Below are positions 62,915 through 64,000 of a stretch of 64,000 nt of DNA, in pieces. Made by a program: the position numbers and the translations under genes. This DNA comes from an uncultured Gemmatimonadales bacterium (GTDB lineage Bacteria; Gemmatimonadota; Gemmatimonadetes; Longimicrobiales; RSA9). The stretch lies in NCBI GenBank assembly GCA_963798845.1, contig CAWCUS010000002.1:672001-736000 (forward strand), in the 5' to 3' direction. The notes beneath the pieces were generated by a model. It was not told the origin of the DNA. It did not search any database and saw only the letters and a list, made by a program, of their open reading frames with translations. Numbering within the stretch: position 1 is the first letter of the stretch; the number at the start of each line of letters is the position of its first letter.

Positions 62915-64000
62915 ATGAGCACGCTCCTGGACCCGGTCCGCCGGGATGTCCCGTTCGTCGACCTCCGCCCCCAGCACGCTGAGCTGCGGGCGGAGATCGA
63001 GGAGGCCGTGTCCCGCATCCTGGACTCCTCCGCGTTCGTTGGTGGCGAGGACGTGGAGCGGTTCGAGGACGATTTTGCCCGCTTCCTGGGCGTTCGGGCC
63101 GGCGTGGGCGTGGGCACCGGGACGGATGCGGTCCGCATCGCGCTCCAGGCCGTGGGCGTGGGGGCGGGCGATGCCGTGATCACGGTGTCGCATACCTTCT
63201 TCGCCACCGCGGAAGCCGTGGTGCAGACCGGGGCGGTCCCGCTTTTCGTGGACGTTGAGCCCGGGCCGATGACCATGGACCCCCTGGCGGTGGAGGCGCT
63301 CCTGCGCGACGGGTGTCACCGGGAGCCCGGGGGCACCATGATCCACGAGACCACCGGGCGGCGCGTGGCCGCGCTTCTCCCCGTGCACCTCTACGGCCAG
63401 AGCGCCGACATGGCGCCGCTCCTGGCGCTGGCCCGCGAGCATGGCCTGGCGGTGGTGGAGGATGCGGCGCAGGCCCACGGCGCCACGTACCGTTTCCCGG
63501 ACGGGCGCGAGCGGGCGTGCGGCGCAATGGGGGATGCCGCCGCCTTCTCCTTCTACCCCGGCAAGAACCTCGGGGCGATCGGAGAGGCCGGCGCGGTCGT
63601 GACGGACTCGGCGGCGGTTGCGGAGCGGGCCCGACGGCTGCGTGACCACGGCCAGTCGGAGAAGTTCGTTCATGTTCGAGAGGATGGCGGGAACGCGCGC
63701 CTGGACACGCTCCAGGCGGCGGTGCTGGACCTGAAGCTCCGGCGGCTGACGGAGTGGAACGAGGCGAGGCGCCGCCTCGCCCGGCGCTATGCCGAGGGAC
63801 TTCGGGGCACGCCCCTGCGGCTGCCGGAGGAGCGGCCGGAGGCGCGGCACGTCTACCACCTGTACGTGGTGCGCTCCCCGGCGCGCGACGGCCTGCGCGC
63901 CGCGCTGGAGGACGCGGGTGTCCGCACCGGGCTGCACTATCCGGTGGCGGTCCACCAGCAGGCGCCGTACGTGGGCGACGGGCGGGGATGGGGCCCGCTG
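62915..64000 (+). CDS. DegT/DnrJ/EryC1/StrS aminotransferase (partial; runs off the right edge)
   Basis: Read manually: VPFVDL, GTDA, PVHLYGQ, EDAAQAHGA, FSFYPGKNLGA, HVYHLY, HYP. Confidence 0.93.
   Translation, partial: MSTLLDPVRRDVPFVDLRPQHAELRAEIEEAVSRILDSSAFVGGEDVERFEDDFARFLGVRAGVGVGTGTDAVRIALQAVGVGAGDAVITVSHTFFATAEAVVQTGAVPLFVDVEPGPMTMDPLAVEALLRDGCHREPGGTMIHETTGRRVAALLPVHLYGQSADMAPLLALAREHGLAVVEDAAQAHGATYRFPDGRERACGAMGDAAAFSFYPGKNLGAIGEAGAVVTDSAAVAERARRLRDHGQSEKFVHVREDGGNARLDTLQAAVLDLKLRRLTEWNEARRRLARRYAEGLRGTPLRLPEERPEARHVYHLYVVRSPARDGLRAALEDAGVRTGLHYPVAVHQQAPYVGDGRGWGPL

Overview
High-GC (roughly 70% by eye) bacterial chromosomal segment. I infer Gemmatimonadota from the gene order and protein signatures, but this is unverified. 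There are three blocks. (1) 1-16.9 kb is accessory/envelope genes: a very large CSLREA/choice-of-anchor-Q surface lipoprotein running off the left edge, an acyl-CoA ligase with a GNAT, a two-subunit molybdoenzyme, DUF4389, a beta-barrel plus secreted protein pair, a cation:proton antiporter, tRNA-Gly and a leishmanolysin-like M8 lipoprotease. (2) 16.9-51.6 kb is the core translation/transcription super-cluster: tRNA-Thr, tuf, rpmG, secE, nusG, rplKAJL, rpoBC, the str, S10, spc and alpha operons, and rpmB. (3) 51.8-64 kb is the start of a capsule/EPS locus: Wzi, SLBB exporter, co-polymerase, CapD-like dehydratase and a WbpA/B/D/E-like set. At least 8 single-base frameshifts, several in essential genes (rpoC, secY, adk, map), point to assembly indel errors rather than pseudogenes. 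No CRISPR array, transposase, integrase or rRNA was found. The most unusual signals are non-coding: a perfect 36-bp inverted-repeat element between rpoC and rpsL, degenerate 7-nt-period repeats in several ribosomal-operon spacers, a 5x20-bp hairpin tandem repeat at the rpsK stop, and phased 11-bp repeats upstream of the surface protein. RpoB also carries a ~127-aa insertion.
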